From Armatimonadota bacterium (GTDB lineage: Bacteria > Armatimonadota > Zipacnadia > Zipacnadales > UBA5352), in contig JBNJEK010000001.1 of assembly GCA_051745855.1 (NCBI GenBank), forward strand, positions 9,683 to 73,682: DNA of 64,000 nucleotides. Reading direction: 5' to 3'. The notes under the pieces were generated by a model. It did not search any database. It was not told the DNA's origin and was given only the letters and a program-made list of their open reading frames with translations. The position numbers and the translations under genes are program-made. Positions 1-9,868 of this stretch are shown here, one piece after another (the first letter of the stretch is position 1; every line of letters begins with the position of its first letter).

Positions 1-67
1 CCGTGCCGTCCTCCAGCTTGCCTGTGTAATGAACCTTCACTGTGTCGCCGGCCGATGCCTGCGCCAT
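1..67 (-). CDS. FKBP-type peptidyl-prolyl cis-trans isomerase, N-terminal fragment running off the window edge
   Basis: The minus-strand translation from the ATG at 67 reads MAQASAGDTVKVHYTGKLEDGT, the classic FKBP/SlyD/FkpB N-terminus (V.VHYTG.L.DGT). An in-frame alternative ATG lies at 82. GGAAGG sits 7 nt upstream of the 67 start. It is truncated by the window edge and is not in the ORF track because it is short. Confidence 0.5.
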   Translation of the reverse strand, partial: MAQASAGDTVKVHYTGKLEDGT

Positions 68-228
68 GATATGCCCTTCCATACTCATATGGCCCCCGGC
101 GTCAGTTGTTCCCGCCGGCGGCCTGCTCTTATTATGCCCCTTCGCGGCAAATCGCTCGAGGCCTTCCCTGATTTCGGCAGATTGCAGTCCGCTGACGCAG
201 GCGCCCCGAATACTGTCAGGGCGTCACC

Positions 229-1650
229 TCACTCGATGAGATTCCCGCGCCCGGGTATGACGCTGCTCCATGGCCTGCCCGCGATGAGCTTCCCGTCCTC
301 GACGAAGCCCTCCGGGCGGTCGCGTAGTTCATCGATCAGGCGCGAGCGCCACAGTTCCACGCTCTCGGAGTGCGTGTCGCTGCCGACGAGGTTGCGGCAC
401 TCGTTCGGGTCCTCGCGCAGGTCGAAGAACTGCTCGCTGCCATCCTTCGGGTCCCAGATGAACTTCTCGAAGCCGTTCGTCAGCCCCATGTGTTCGTTCG
501 CGTGCTCTATGTGAACGTAGTCGCGCCACTGCGTCTCTTCGCCGCGCATCAGCGGCAGCAGCGAGCGGCCGTCCACCGTGTCGGGGATGTCCACCCCCGC
601 CATCTCCAGCAGCGTCGGCATGATATCCGCGTGGGTTGCGGGGGCATCGACGGTGGTGGTCCGCTGCAGACCGAAGCGCTCGGGCGCTCGGACGATGAAC
701 GGGACGCGGGCGCAGCCCTCGTAGGCCCGCTGCTTGCGCCAGAGGTAGTGATCGCCGAGCATCTCGCCGTGGTCGGAGGTGAACACCACGATCGTGTCAC
801 GGTCGAGGTCGCGCCCGATGCCAACCACCGGGTTGAGGAGGCGTCGAAGCTGGTCATCGACGTGGTTGATCAGGCCATAGTACGCCGCGCGGGTGCTCAG
901 CAGCGCCTCGCCCCTCAGATGCACGCGCTGGGGCGCCACGTGCTCGCCGCCCTCGCCGAAGGCCGGTTCATCGGCCCAGTCGCCGATGAACGGCTCAGGG
1001 ACGCCGGTGCGGAGGTAGCGCTCGAAGTAGGGCTTCGGCGGCTGCAGCGGCGGGTGGGGGGCGATGAAGCCGATGGTGAGGAAGTAAGGCGATGACGGGT
1101 CACGGCGCTCGAGGAAGCGCAGGGTCCGCTGCATCGTCCAGTTTGTGAAGTGCAGATGCTCCTCCAGCGGCCATGGATGCGCGGTGTAATCATTGTGCAT
1201 GACGCCACCGCCGAACCAGCCACCGTTGTCCTCGGGCCCCACCTTTTCCAGCCAGTCGAGGTAGGACGAACTGCCGTCCGGGCGGTTCGTCTCCATCTCC
1301 TCAAAGCCGTAGCGCTTCGCAGGCGGATGCTGGTGCATCGAGCGGCCGATCAGGCGTGTCTGATAGCCCGCGTCGCGCAATACGCCGGGGAGGGTCGGCG
1401 GGGCGTCCCACTCGAGATTCCCGCGGTAGCCGACCATCCCGTGTGTCTGGCAGTGCTGGCCGGAGAGCATCGAGCGTCGGACCGCGATGCAGCTTGGGGA
1501 GCCGGCGTAGAAGTGCGTGAAGCGCACTCCCTGGGCGGCGAGGCCGTCCATGTTCGGTGTGAGCAGCACCGGATGCCCCTCGCAACTGAGGCAGTCCCCG
1601 CGCTGTTGGTCGGTGTTGATGAAGATGATGTTCGGTCGCTGGTCGGGCAT
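229..1650 (-). CDS. Sulfatase (S1 / alkaline-phosphatase superfamily)
   Basis: The N-terminus is MPDQRPNIIFINTDQQRGD, the metal-binding start of the family. A formylglycine-type motif SPSCIAVRRSMLSG follows, and the sulfatase core ends VFTSDHGEMLGDH. I placed the start at the internal ATG (MPDQRP) because GGAGGT lies 6 nt upstream; the 44 aa upstream of it in the ORF-track entry look non-native. Confidence 0.85.
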   Translation of the reverse strand: MPDQRPNIIFINTDQQRGDCLSCEGHPVLLTPNMDGLAAQGVRFTHFYAGSPSCIAVRRSMLSGQHCQTHGMVGYRGNLEWDAPPTLPGVLRDAGYQTRLIGRSMHQHPPAKRYGFEEMETNRPDGSSSYLDWLEKVGPEDNGGWFGGGVMHNDYTAHPWPLEEHLHFTNWTMQRTLRFLERRDPSSPYFLTIGFIAPHPPLQPPKPYFERYLRTGVPEPFIGDWADEPAFGEGGEHVAPQRVHLRGEALLSTRAAYYGLINHVDDQLRRLLNPVVGIGRDLDRDTIVVFTSDHGEMLGDHYLWRKQRAYEGCARVPFIVRAPERFGLQRTTTVDAPATHADIMPTLLEMAGVDIPDTVDGRSLLPLMRGEETQWRDYVHIEHANEHMGLTNGFEKFIWDPKDGSEQFFDLREDPNECRNLVGSDTHSESVELWRSRLIDELRDRPEGFVEDGKLIAGRPWSSVIPGRGNLIE

Positions 1651-1720
1651 GAGATGACCTCCGGAAGGCTCTTGTGCGTTCACTGGAAGTGACCTGACGT
1701 GCCCGCGTCCTCGTCGCGGG

Positions 1721-2287
1721 CTATTCCCGATGCAGCGTCGCGGCAAGCAATGTCCCGACGGCCGCGACAAGCAGCGTGTCATCCTCCGTGAGTGGCTTGC
1801 GGCCGTAGCTGGAGGCGATCACCACGCCCAGCAGCGTGCCGTCGGTGGCGATTGGAGCGACGCATGCGTAGCCGATGCCCTGGCTGCGGACGGCGTCCGC
1901 GGCCAGGTTGCCGATGCGCTCATGTGGGGCGATCGCGCGCGCTAACTCCGCGACCTGGCTGATGCCCTTCAACTCGGCCAGCTTTCCGTACAAGAAGAAG
2001 TCCGCGAGCATTGGCTCGTCATCGAGCGGGATGACGACGCTGTGCAGGTCCATGCTCATCGACTCGCGGATCTGCTCGCGCTCATACGTGCCGAGGCTGG
2101 CGTAGCGTATCCTGAGCGATGCGTCGCCGTTCTCGCGGACCATGACGAACACCTGGTCGAGGTGTGTCTCACGCCGCAGGCCGTCGGCGGCGGCCTCGAT
2201 GATGTCCCCGGCATCCGCGCCGTCGTGCACCATGGTCTCGATCGAATCCAGCAGCGACTGTCGCCTGTCAGAGTCGCGCATGCTCAT
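1721..2287 (-). CDS. GAF domain-containing protein
   Basis: The 189-aa product has a GAF-like pattern (LDQVFVMVRENGD...LRIRYA...PLDDEPMLADFFLYG...GIGYACVAPI). I chose the start at MSMRDSD because AGGAGGT lies upstream. Confidence 0.7.
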   Translation of the reverse strand: MSMRDSDRRQSLLDSIETMVHDGADAGDIIEAAADGLRRETHLDQVFVMVRENGDASLRIRYASLGTYEREQIRESMSMDLHSVVIPLDDEPMLADFFLYGKLAELKGISQVAELARAIAPHERIGNLAADAVRSQGIGYACVAPIATDGTLLGVVIASSYGRKPLTEDDTLLVAAVGTLLAATLHRE

Positions 2288-2466
2288 CCTGTCGGTACCT
2301 CCTGAGCGTGCATCCGGTTGCGCCATCCGCCTGGTGGTGCGCGTGGTCGCATGACAATTCTCGATGGACAGTCGAGGGTCCTTCGCGGGGAAAGAAGGAA
2401 GAGCAGGTGATGGCGGGCAAATCTTACGCGAACAACGACTGACGACCAATGCTCCAGGTGATGAAT

Positions 2467-5238
2467 ATGAGACGCGCATGCTTCATCGTGATGGCCGCAA
2501 TCTTTGGCTCGGCATCTCTGAACGCTCAGCCGGCGGAGGATCTCTGCCCGGACGGCAGCTTTGAGACTGCCGGGGGCTGGGAACTCGTGCTCGAGCAGGG
2601 CGCCGAGGGGATGCTGGAGTACGACGCCTCCCGCGCCCGCTCAGGCGAGCAGTCGCTGAAGCTCACGAAGACCAACGGCAGGGGCTACCTCGTTCTGCGC
2701 TCGGTGGAGCCCGTCAGCCCCGAGGTGGGGGAGACATACTTCTTCCGGGGATGGTTTCACGCCGATGAGGCGCCTGTGTCCTCGGTGCTGATGTTCCGCG
2801 TACGGGAGAAGGACGCGAACCTGTCGTACGATTCGATCGATCGCTCCCACGGCTGGTCGGCGCACAGTTTCATCGTGCCGGCGCCGCCGGGCGAGTGGGA
2901 GAAGCGCGTCATCAGCTTCGAGGCCGCTGAGCAGCGCGAGGTACATCTGCACGCGGTGATCTACGGGAATCCGTGCACGGTCTGGCTCGATGACCTGCAG
3001 TTCACGACCGAAGAGATCCGACTTGAATCCGAGAAGCCGGAGCCGATAGAGCGTTTCACCGATGAACAGGTGGACGCGCTGCTCGCGTTGCGCTCCCCGT
3101 CCACCGGCGCGATCGAAGTGCGCGACGGGGTCAGCACCATGGTCGTTGACGGCGAGGCTGTCCCGCCAATGCTCTACAAGGTCTCGGGCTGGGAGAAGGC
3201 GCACTACGCGGATCTCGCATACGCAGGCGTGGACCTCATTACCGTGCCGGTGCAGCTTGGGAACATCCCGATCAGGCCGGGCGTCTGGCTGGGCGAGGAT
3301 GACTACGACTTTACGCTTGCGGAGACGATCATCCGCAACGCCCTGCGCCGCAACCCCAACGCGCGGATCATCCTCGACGTCTGGGCCTACCCCTACGCTG
3401 CATGGGGCGACGAGCACCCGGATGAGTGCTGGACAAACGCGGAGGGGCAGCGGGCCTACACCGACTTCTTCAATGTGAAGGGGTTCGCGGACAGCCTCGA
3501 GGAGTTGGAGGGCGGACGCGACACGTTCTACTGGTACCCCTCGTACAACTCCGACGTGTGGCGCGAGGACGCGTCGGAGGCCATCACGGCGCTGATCGAT
3601 CATCTCAACGACACGCCGCTCGGTAAGGCGATCTGCGCCGCCTTCATCACCGGCGGACATGACGGGCAGTTCGTGATGCTGCGGCCGTACCACGATTTCA
3701 GCGACGGGAGTGTCGAGAAGTGGCACGCGTGGCTGCGCGAGAGCTTCACACTCGACGAGATCGAAGTCCGCTGGGGTGAACGCTACGACAGCTACGAAGA
3801 CATCCCCGTTCCCGCGGCGCCGCCGCGCGGGCAGGGGATGGAGACGAAGCCGCCCTACCAGGGACCGAGTCCGGACCTCGACTACCGCACCTTCGCTGAG
3901 GACCAGACGTGGACGCTGCGCGATCGGCTGGCGCAGGCGGCGAAGGAGGCCATCGGGCGCCCGATCTTCACGCTGGCCTACTCCGCGGGCTCGGACGGCA
4001 TCTTCGACACCGAGCACCTCGACGTCGTGGGGCACATGAGTTACTACCCCTACCGCCGTGCCGGACTGCCGGCTGGCTACGACATCTCTGACGCCTACGC
4101 GCTCCACGGGAAGATGTTCATCCAGGAGCTTGACCTGCGTTCGTGGGTCGGCTCGGTCTACCCGGAAGTCTATCAGACGTGGATCGGCGCGGGGCTCAAG
4201 CCCGATGAGTTCCGCAATATCCACCGGAAGCTGGTGGGGCTGTCACTCGCCGGCGGGCATGGCTGGTGGTACTACGACATGCACCACTACTTCGCCGCGC
4301 CTGAGATTCTGTCGGAGATCAACCGAGTGCGCGAGATTGCGGCCACCGCACAGCCTGAAGGCAGCTTCCAACCCGACGTGTGTGTCGTTTACAAGCCCGG
4401 GCAGGACGCCTACGTCTCCGCGCCGCTGTCCTCGATCATGGGCGGCGAAACCTATCAGATGATGCTGTTGGACACCAGCGGCGTGGCGTATGACAGCCAC
4501 TTCCTTGGCGATGTCCTCGAGCACGAGGAGCTTCAGGACTACCGCGTGTACATCTTCGCCAACACCCGGATGCTCACCGAGGCCGAGCGGGCTGCGATTG
4601 GCGAACGACTTGCGGGCGGCGGCCGCTGGCTGGTCTTCCTCGCCGACAGCGGGTACGTCACGGAGACGGGACCGTCGGTGGAGGCGCTCTCGGATCTCGT
4701 CGGGATGACGATCGCCACTGACGGCGACTACGCGCGCGCTCCTGCATTCGTGGACGTTGCGCACCCGCTGACCGAGGGCGTGCTACCCTTCCAGGGGATG
4801 AGCGAGCTTCTCGTAAGCATCATGACACAGACGGGCGCAAGCTCCTTCACTGGCCGGCCGCAGCGCTTCCGGGTTGAGGACAATGACGCGACCGCGCTGG
4901 CGCATTACGAAGACGGTTCGGTGGCGATGGCGGTGCGCGACCGTGGCGACTGGACGAGCGCATACCTCGGCGCGCCGAACAGCCTTGGTGCGGGGATGCT
5001 GCGGAACATCGCGGAGCAGGCGGGGGCATTTGTCCTCGGCGCAGAGGGCCATGACACGCAGATGAGCGACCGGCTGATCTCTCTGCACGCGCGTCGGACC
5101 GGGCCGACGCGGTTGAACATGCCGGACGGCGTCGAGCGCGTGACGGTGCTGCCGGGCGAAGATGTTGTGGCGGTGGAGGATGGCTCGGTCACGCTGGAGA
5201 CGACGGCGCAGGAGACGTACTGGCTGCTGATGGAGTGA
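2467..5238 (+). CDS. Secreted glycoside-hydrolase-like protein with an N-terminal CBM-like beta-sandwich
   Basis: It has a signal peptide (MRRACFIVMAAIFGSASLNAQP). A CBM4_9-like motif follows (DGSFETAGGWEL...SGEQSLKL), then a long TIM-barrel-like region. The C-terminal region (YRVYIFANTRMLTEAE...RWLVFLADSGY) resembles the GH42-type trimerisation (class-I GATase-like) domain. AGGTGA lies 5 nt before the ATG. Confidence 0.8.
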   Translation: MRRACFIVMAAIFGSASLNAQPAEDLCPDGSFETAGGWELVLEQGAEGMLEYDASRARSGEQSLKLTKTNGRGYLVLRSVEPVSPEVGETYFFRGWFHADEAPVSSVLMFRVREKDANLSYDSIDRSHGWSAHSFIVPAPPGEWEKRVISFEAAEQREVHLHAVIYGNPCTVWLDDLQFTTEEIRLESEKPEPIERFTDEQVDALLALRSPSTGAIEVRDGVSTMVVDGEAVPPMLYKVSGWEKAHYADLAYAGVDLITVPVQLGNIPIRPGVWLGEDDYDFTLAETIIRNALRRNPNARIILDVWAYPYAAWGDEHPDECWTNAEGQRAYTDFFNVKGFADSLEELEGGRDTFYWYPSYNSDVWREDASEAITALIDHLNDTPLGKAICAAFITGGHDGQFVMLRPYHDFSDGSVEKWHAWLRESFTLDEIEVRWGERYDSYEDIPVPAAPPRGQGMETKPPYQGPSPDLDYRTFAEDQTWTLRDRLAQAAKEAIGRPIFTLAYSAGSDGIFDTEHLDVVGHMSYYPYRRAGLPAGYDISDAYALHGKMFIQELDLRSWVGSVYPEVYQTWIGAGLKPDEFRNIHRKLVGLSLAGGHGWWYYDMHHYFAAPEILSEINRVREIAATAQPEGSFQPDVCVVYKPGQDAYVSAPLSSIMGGETYQMMLLDTSGVAYDSHFLGDVLEHEELQDYRVYIFANTRMLTEAERAAIGERLAGGGRWLVFLADSGYVTETGPSVEALSDLVGMTIATDGDYARAPAFVDVAHPLTEGVLPFQGMSELLVSIMTQTGASSFTGRPQRFRVEDNDATALAHYEDGSVAMAVRDRGDWTSAYLGAPNSLGAGMLRNIAEQAGAFVLGAEGHDTQMSDRLISLHARRTGPTRLNMPDGVERVTVLPGEDVVAVEDGSVTLETTAQETYWLLME

Positions 5239-5257
5239 CTGCGGAGGAGATGAGAAG

Positions 5258-6310
5258 ATGAAGTATTCACATGAGAACGTGATCTTCGCGTATGAACCGC
5301 GCATTATCTTCGAGCGCGATGAGACCTGGACATACGCACGGGAGCCGGTCTTCAGGCGCATGCCCGACGACAGCTTCGTCTGCCTGCACTACGCAGGCGG
5401 GCCGCGGGAGCCGCATGATGACAACCTCGTGCTGATCACGCGCAGCGACGATGACGGCGACACGTGGAGCGAGCCGGAGGTGCTCTTCGATCACCCGCAT
5501 CGCGGGGTCTGGTGCACTGAGCTTTTCGTCGAGGAGGGGCCGCCGTGCGCGTTTGTGCACACACTCGAGGCGGCCAGCCGCTACTGCGACCTGCACACCT
5601 TTCGCTCGTGGACCTATGACAGCGGGAGGACGTGGACCGAACCGGCGTCGTTGCCGGGGACGCCGACTCATGTTTCGACCCGCCAGGGGATTGTGCTGGG
5701 CGACGGTGCATGGCTTTTCCCCGTCTACTGGCAGGAGCAGGTGAGCGGCTTTTCGTGGGAGCGCGATCCGGATGACCGGAAGCCGCTTGCGACGCGAAGC
5801 TGGCCTTTCCGCTGCGGGGTGATGCGCTCGGAGGACGGCGGGGAGAGCTTCACCCAGCACGGGTACATCCGCCATCCGGAGGTGACGCTGTGGGAGCCGA
5901 ATGTGGCCGAGGTGGCGGACGGCTGCCTGATGATGCTGATGCGCGCGGAGGGGACGGGCGCGCTGTGGCGCAGTGACTCGTGTGATGGCGGCCTCACGTG
6001 GTCGGAGCCGCATCCGACGGATATTCCGAATCCCTCGACGAAGCTGACGTTGCTGACGCATGACGACGCTGTGATTCTGCTGAACAACCCGAGCGCAGTG
6101 AAAGGGGAGCGCAGGCCGCTTGAGCTGTGGGTGAGCCGCGACCGCGGAGCGACCTGGCCCACGCGACTGACGCTTGCGGACGTGACCGAGGGCCGGGGGG
6201 TGTACTATCCGCACGGTCAGATTGACGCCGAGCGCGGAACGCTCTACGTGGCCTGCGACACCTCGCAGGTGCATTACCTGCTGAAAGTGCCACTGGCGGA
6301 CTTTCTCTGA
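5258..6310 (+). CDS. BNR/Asp-box repeat exo-alpha-sialidase-like (GH33-like) protein
   Basis: Five Asp-box motifs are present: SDDDGDTW, SGRTW, SEDGGESF, SCDGGLTW and SRDRGATW. GGAGGA lies upstream. It has no signal peptide and starts 20 bp after the preceding GH gene, so the two are probably co-transcribed. Confidence 0.8.
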   Translation: MKYSHENVIFAYEPRIIFERDETWTYAREPVFRRMPDDSFVCLHYAGGPREPHDDNLVLITRSDDDGDTWSEPEVLFDHPHRGVWCTELFVEEGPPCAFVHTLEAASRYCDLHTFRSWTYDSGRTWTEPASLPGTPTHVSTRQGIVLGDGAWLFPVYWQEQVSGFSWERDPDDRKPLATRSWPFRCGVMRSEDGGESFTQHGYIRHPEVTLWEPNVAEVADGCLMMLMRAEGTGALWRSDSCDGGLTWSEPHPTDIPNPSTKLTLLTHDDAVILLNNPSAVKGERRPLELWVSRDRGATWPTRLTLADVTEGRGVYYPHGQIDAERGTLYVACDTSQVHYLLKVPLADFL

Positions 6311-6328
6311 GCGGGGGCCGGCCTCGCG

Positions 6329-6685
6329 TCAGATCGCATTGGCGGCGATGATGCTTTCGAGCAGTCGGCCGAGGATCAGCGCGTCGGCCGCATCGTCCTC
6401 GGACGCGTACTGCTCGGGGTCGCGGTTCACCCACGCCTCCGCGACCCGCCAGCAGTCGCCGTCGTCCTGCAGTCTGACACGGAAGATGCAGTTGCCGGTC
6501 CAGCTTCGGCACAGAGAGAACCAGCCGTCATCCTCGAATGCAAACCACCTGTCTTCCTGCGAGCGGGGGATCACCCCCTGGATCAAGGCATTGTACTGCG
6601 AGTCGCTGAGCGTGCGGTTCAGATCAAGCTGTGCCCGTTGGTCAGGCATTCGCTTGTGCGTGTGATTCCCCGGAGTTGCCCTCAT
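6329..6685 (-). CDS. Hypothetical protein (118 aa)
   Basis: The ORF has a good GGGAGGT RBS 6 nt upstream of its ATG. I recognised no domain. It is convergent with the sialidase-like gene. Confidence 0.5.
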   Translation of the reverse strand: MRATPGNHTHKRMPDQRAQLDLNRTLSDSQYNALIQGVIPRSQEDRWFAFEDDGWFSLCRSWTGNCIFRVRLQDDGDCWRVAEAWVNRDPEQYASEDDAADALILGRLLESIIAANAI

Positions 6686-6925
6686 GCAACTACCTCCCGA
6701 CCTGGTCTGTCCCCGTGAGGTATTTCGCGGCCCCGGGGAGGAGGGCCTCCGCGACCTGGTCAGTATGGACCATCGTGCAGACGCGACCTCCGGTGTGAGG
6801 CGTGGCGAGCGAACGGCGGCGAAGACCGGTGGCGGTGAGCGCGGAATGACAATCGTGGGAGGTAGACTGCACCGGGACTGCGAAACTCAATATGCGGGCA
6901 CAGACGCGACATGGAGGTGGCAGCG

Positions 6926-7861
6926 ATGCTTTACCGTGAGTTCGGAAGCACCGGATGGGACGTCTCCGCGATCGGGATGGGGACGTGGAACATCGGCAAT
7001 CAGTGGGGAGAGCTTGATGACGCGACCGCCTGGGAGACGGTTCGCACTGCGTTCGATGAGGGCATGAATCTTTTTGACACCGCCGAATCCTACGGCATTC
7101 CCAACGGCCTGTCGGAGATGCGCCTCGGGGAGGCGCTGTCGGGGATTCGCCACCAGGTTTATGTTGTCTCGAAGATCGGTCACTGGGGGCAGCGGACGGG
7201 CCAGGGAGTACCTTACACGACCGTGGACATGATCCGCATGTCATGCCACGCCTCGCTGCACCGGCTGCGCACCGACTGGGTGGATGTCATGCTCTGCCAC
7301 GTGGCGGACATCGAAGACCCGAGCATCTTCCTGGAGGCATTCGATGTCCTGCAGCAGCGCGGCAAAGTCCGCGTCTACGGCATCTCGACGAACGACCTCG
7401 ACGTACTCAAGCGCTTCAACCGGGACGGCAACTGCTCAGTGGTTGAGGTGAACTACTCGTTGCTGAACTCAGAGCCTGAGCAGGAGTTTCTGCCCTACTG
7501 CGAGGAGCATGGCATCGCGGTGCTGGTGCGGGGGCCGCTGCGGCGGGGGCTGCTGGCTGGCAAGTATGACCTGGACACGGAATTCACGGACAACGTTCGA
7601 CAGGCCTTCAACCCCGGTGGAGAGCAGCGCGAGCAGTACGAGCGCGACATCGCGGGCGTCGAGCGGCTCAAGGAGGTCGTGGAGCCGGGCGAGGAGATGG
7701 TCACCGCCGCACTGCGCTTTGTGATCTCCCACCCGGCGAACCCGGTGGCGATCCCGGGCTGCAAGTCACCCGAGCAGGCGCGGATGAATGCCGCCGCCGG
7801 CGAGCGCGCGCTCACCGGATCAGAGATGGCCGCCTTGCGTGGGGCCCTGCAGGAGGAGTGA
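6926..7861 (+). CDS. Aldo/keto reductase
   Basis: AKR family signatures are present (GMGTWNIG, FDTAESYG, YGISTND). I placed the start at MLYREFG because GGAGGTG lies 6 nt upstream. Confidence 0.9.
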   Translation: MLYREFGSTGWDVSAIGMGTWNIGNQWGELDDATAWETVRTAFDEGMNLFDTAESYGIPNGLSEMRLGEALSGIRHQVYVVSKIGHWGQRTGQGVPYTTVDMIRMSCHASLHRLRTDWVDVMLCHVADIEDPSIFLEAFDVLQQRGKVRVYGISTNDLDVLKRFNRDGNCSVVEVNYSLLNSEPEQEFLPYCEEHGIAVLVRGPLRRGLLAGKYDLDTEFTDNVRQAFNPGGEQREQYERDIAGVERLKEVVEPGEEMVTAALRFVISHPANPVAIPGCKSPEQARMNAAAGERALTGSEMAALRGALQEE

Positions 7862-7866
7862 GCGGA

Positions 7867-8910
7867 ATGCCTGATGGCACCATCCGCTACGCGTGCATCG
7901 GCTGCGGGAGCATTGCCAACAACTATCACCTGCCAGCGCTGGCGCGGATCGAGGCGGCGCAATTTGTCGTCGCCTGCGACATCGATGAGGAGCGCGCACG
8001 TGCCACCGGTGACAGATGGGACGCCCCTGAGATCGCGACCGACTGGGAACTGATCGTCGAGCGCGACGACCTCGATCTCATCTGCGTGTTCACGAAGGTG
8101 GACGCCCACGCGGAGATCACCGTGGCCGCGGCGAATGCGGGGCGGCATGTCTTCGTGCAGAAGCCATTCGCCCGCACTGTCGCCGAAGGGCAGGCGATGG
8201 TGGAGGCGGCGCACGTGGCCGGGGTGCGGATGGTGCCGTCGTTCATGCACAGGTACTTCGATGAGTCGCTGAAGGCGGCGGAACTCGTCCGCGAGGGCGC
8301 GGTGGGGGAGATCGAGTTCATCCGCCAGCGCAACGCGACGCGTAATCCGCGACAGACCGCGCCGGGCTACGGCGGGGCGTTGATGGACATCGGCGCGCAC
8401 GGGATCGACCTGGTGCGCGCGATCTCGGGCAGTGAGATCACGCGCGTCTGCTCGAGGCTCGATGATCCGGGCGTGTCGCCCGACAAAGTGCGCGAGGAGC
8501 GCGATCTGCGCGGCGGCGAGGTCAACGCGTTCATGCTTTACGAGCTTGAGTCGGGCGCGGCGGTGAGTCACGAGGTGCAGTGGTCGCAGGCGGCCGGGGC
8601 TTCGCGCTTTCAGACGGAGATCTACGGCACACACGGGACCATCCTGCTCCGCTCGCCACTGACCGAGGCGGACCTCGCGGTGCATTCGACACCGGACGCC
8701 GAGGACCCGCTCGACGAGTCGATCGACTGGCGGACGCCGGAGTTGCCCGGGCGTGAGATGGGCGCCGCACAGCATGAGGCACTGATCGAGGCCCTGCTGA
8801 CCGGCGAGGACGGCGCGCAGACCGCGGAGGACGGGCTGGCGGTGCTCAGGGTCTGTGAGGCCGCACGGCAGTCGGCGGTGTGTGATCGGTGGGAGGATGT
8901 TTTCGAGTAG
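7867..8910 (+). CDS. Gfo/Idh/MocA family oxidoreductase
   Basis: The N-terminal Rossmann motif IRYACIGCGSIANNYHLPA and HVFVQKPFA are present, followed by the Gfo/Idh/MocA C-terminal fold. An alternative GTG start at 7858 would overlap the AKR stop. Confidence 0.88.
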   Translation: MPDGTIRYACIGCGSIANNYHLPALARIEAAQFVVACDIDEERARATGDRWDAPEIATDWELIVERDDLDLICVFTKVDAHAEITVAAANAGRHVFVQKPFARTVAEGQAMVEAAHVAGVRMVPSFMHRYFDESLKAAELVREGAVGEIEFIRQRNATRNPRQTAPGYGGALMDIGAHGIDLVRAISGSEITRVCSRLDDPGVSPDKVREERDLRGGEVNAFMLYELESGAAVSHEVQWSQAAGASRFQTEIYGTHGTILLRSPLTEADLAVHSTPDAEDPLDESIDWRTPELPGREMGAAQHEALIEALLTGEDGAQTAEDGLAVLRVCEAARQSAVCDRWEDVFE

Positions 8911-9075
8911 GAACGCGGTGGCGGAGGGGAGAAGCGGCGTCGGGCCAGGGCAGGCCCGACCTCCGGACAGCAACGACGAACGGCCCCCTCCGCGCAGTGG
9001 CGGCGCAAACGACGCGCCGCGGGCGGGAGAGTGGAGTAGGACAGACGTATCAGCAACCGAGGGAGGTCACCAACC

Positions 9076-9849
9076 GTGCGCGTTTCATTCATTGTTCGGC
9101 CGGGAGATGACAGGAGAGAGGCGGCGGCTTTTGCGGCGGGCGAGGGGATTGAGGGGCTGGAATTGATGTACCACTCGCCAGAGGCGGGCGACTTCGACGA
9201 CGCCGACGAGGTGCTCGCCATCTGCGAGCAGTACCAGGTGCGCGTCTCAGCGGTCGGCGTCTGGCACATCGGCCTCTCCGATCCGCCTGAGAAGGGCACG
9301 CGGGAGATTGTCGCGGAGGGCCTGGAGTACGCCGGGAAGGTCGGGGCGGACTGCTTCTTCACCGGCGCCGGGGAGCCCGAGGACGAGGACCAGGTGGGCG
9401 CGCTGGCCGAGGTGTGGCCGCACTGGAGCGATCTTGCGAGGGCGCAGGCGTTGGATCTTGCGGTCTACCTCGGTCACAAGGGGAGCTTCCTGTGCAGCGA
9501 AGCGCAGGTCGCGGCAGCGATCGAGCGCGTTGATGGGATCGGACTGAAGCTCGATCCGGTGGGGATTATCCGCAACCTCAATGCCGACCCTTACGACTTC
9601 CTCCACCGCTTCGGAGCAAGCTGCGCGTTCTTCCACGCGAAGGATAAGCTCGCGCTCAGCGACGGTGAGATCGAGCCGCCGCCGGGGATGGGCGAGCTTG
9701 AGTGGGGGCAGATGTTCGGGATATTGTATCAGCACGGCTACGATGGCTGGGTGAGCATCGAGCCGCACGGGAAGTTCTGGAATGCGGCGGACAACCGATG
9801 GCGTTACGTTCGGCTTGCCGAGCGGCACCTGCGGCAGTTCATGGCGTAA
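9076..9849 (+). CDS. Sugar phosphate isomerase/epimerase (xylose-isomerase-like TIM barrel)
   Basis: It has the AP-endonuclease-2 / xylose-isomerase-like TIM pattern (GIEGLEL...HAKD...WVSIEPH). The GTG start has GGGAGGT 8 nt upstream. Confidence 0.85.
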   Translation: MRVSFIVRPGDDRREAAAFAAGEGIEGLELMYHSPEAGDFDDADEVLAICEQYQVRVSAVGVWHIGLSDPPEKGTREIVAEGLEYAGKVGADCFFTGAGEPEDEDQVGALAEVWPHWSDLARAQALDLAVYLGHKGSFLCSEAQVAAAIERVDGIGLKLDPVGIIRNLNADPYDFLHRFGASCAFFHAKDKLALSDGEIEPPPGMGELEWGQMFGILYQHGYDGWVSIEPHGKFWNAADNRWRYVRLAERHLRQFMA

Positions 9850-9868
9850 CCTGAGCACGGTCAGCGGG

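Noticed and set aside
29-1095. +-strand ORFs 29..514, 42..239 and 370..1095
   Set aside because: They overlap the sulfatase gene on the opposite strand, and their translations are Arg/Pro-rich nonsense. The 1-228 region is better explained by the minus-strand FKBP N-terminus.
2641-4224. A 527-aa minus-strand ORF
   Set aside because: It is antisense within the CBM-GH gene, has an Arg/Pro/Ala-rich low-complexity translation, and has no start context. It is a GC-rich shadow.
5267-6274. A 335-aa minus-strand ORF opposite the sialidase-like gene
   Set aside because: It has no motifs and an Arg-rich shadow translation. The plus-strand gene has five Asp-box repeats and an RBS.
7495-8973. A 492-aa minus-strand ORF spanning the AKR and Gfo/Idh/MocA genes
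   Set aside because: It is a shadow of two well-supported + genes and has no family signal.
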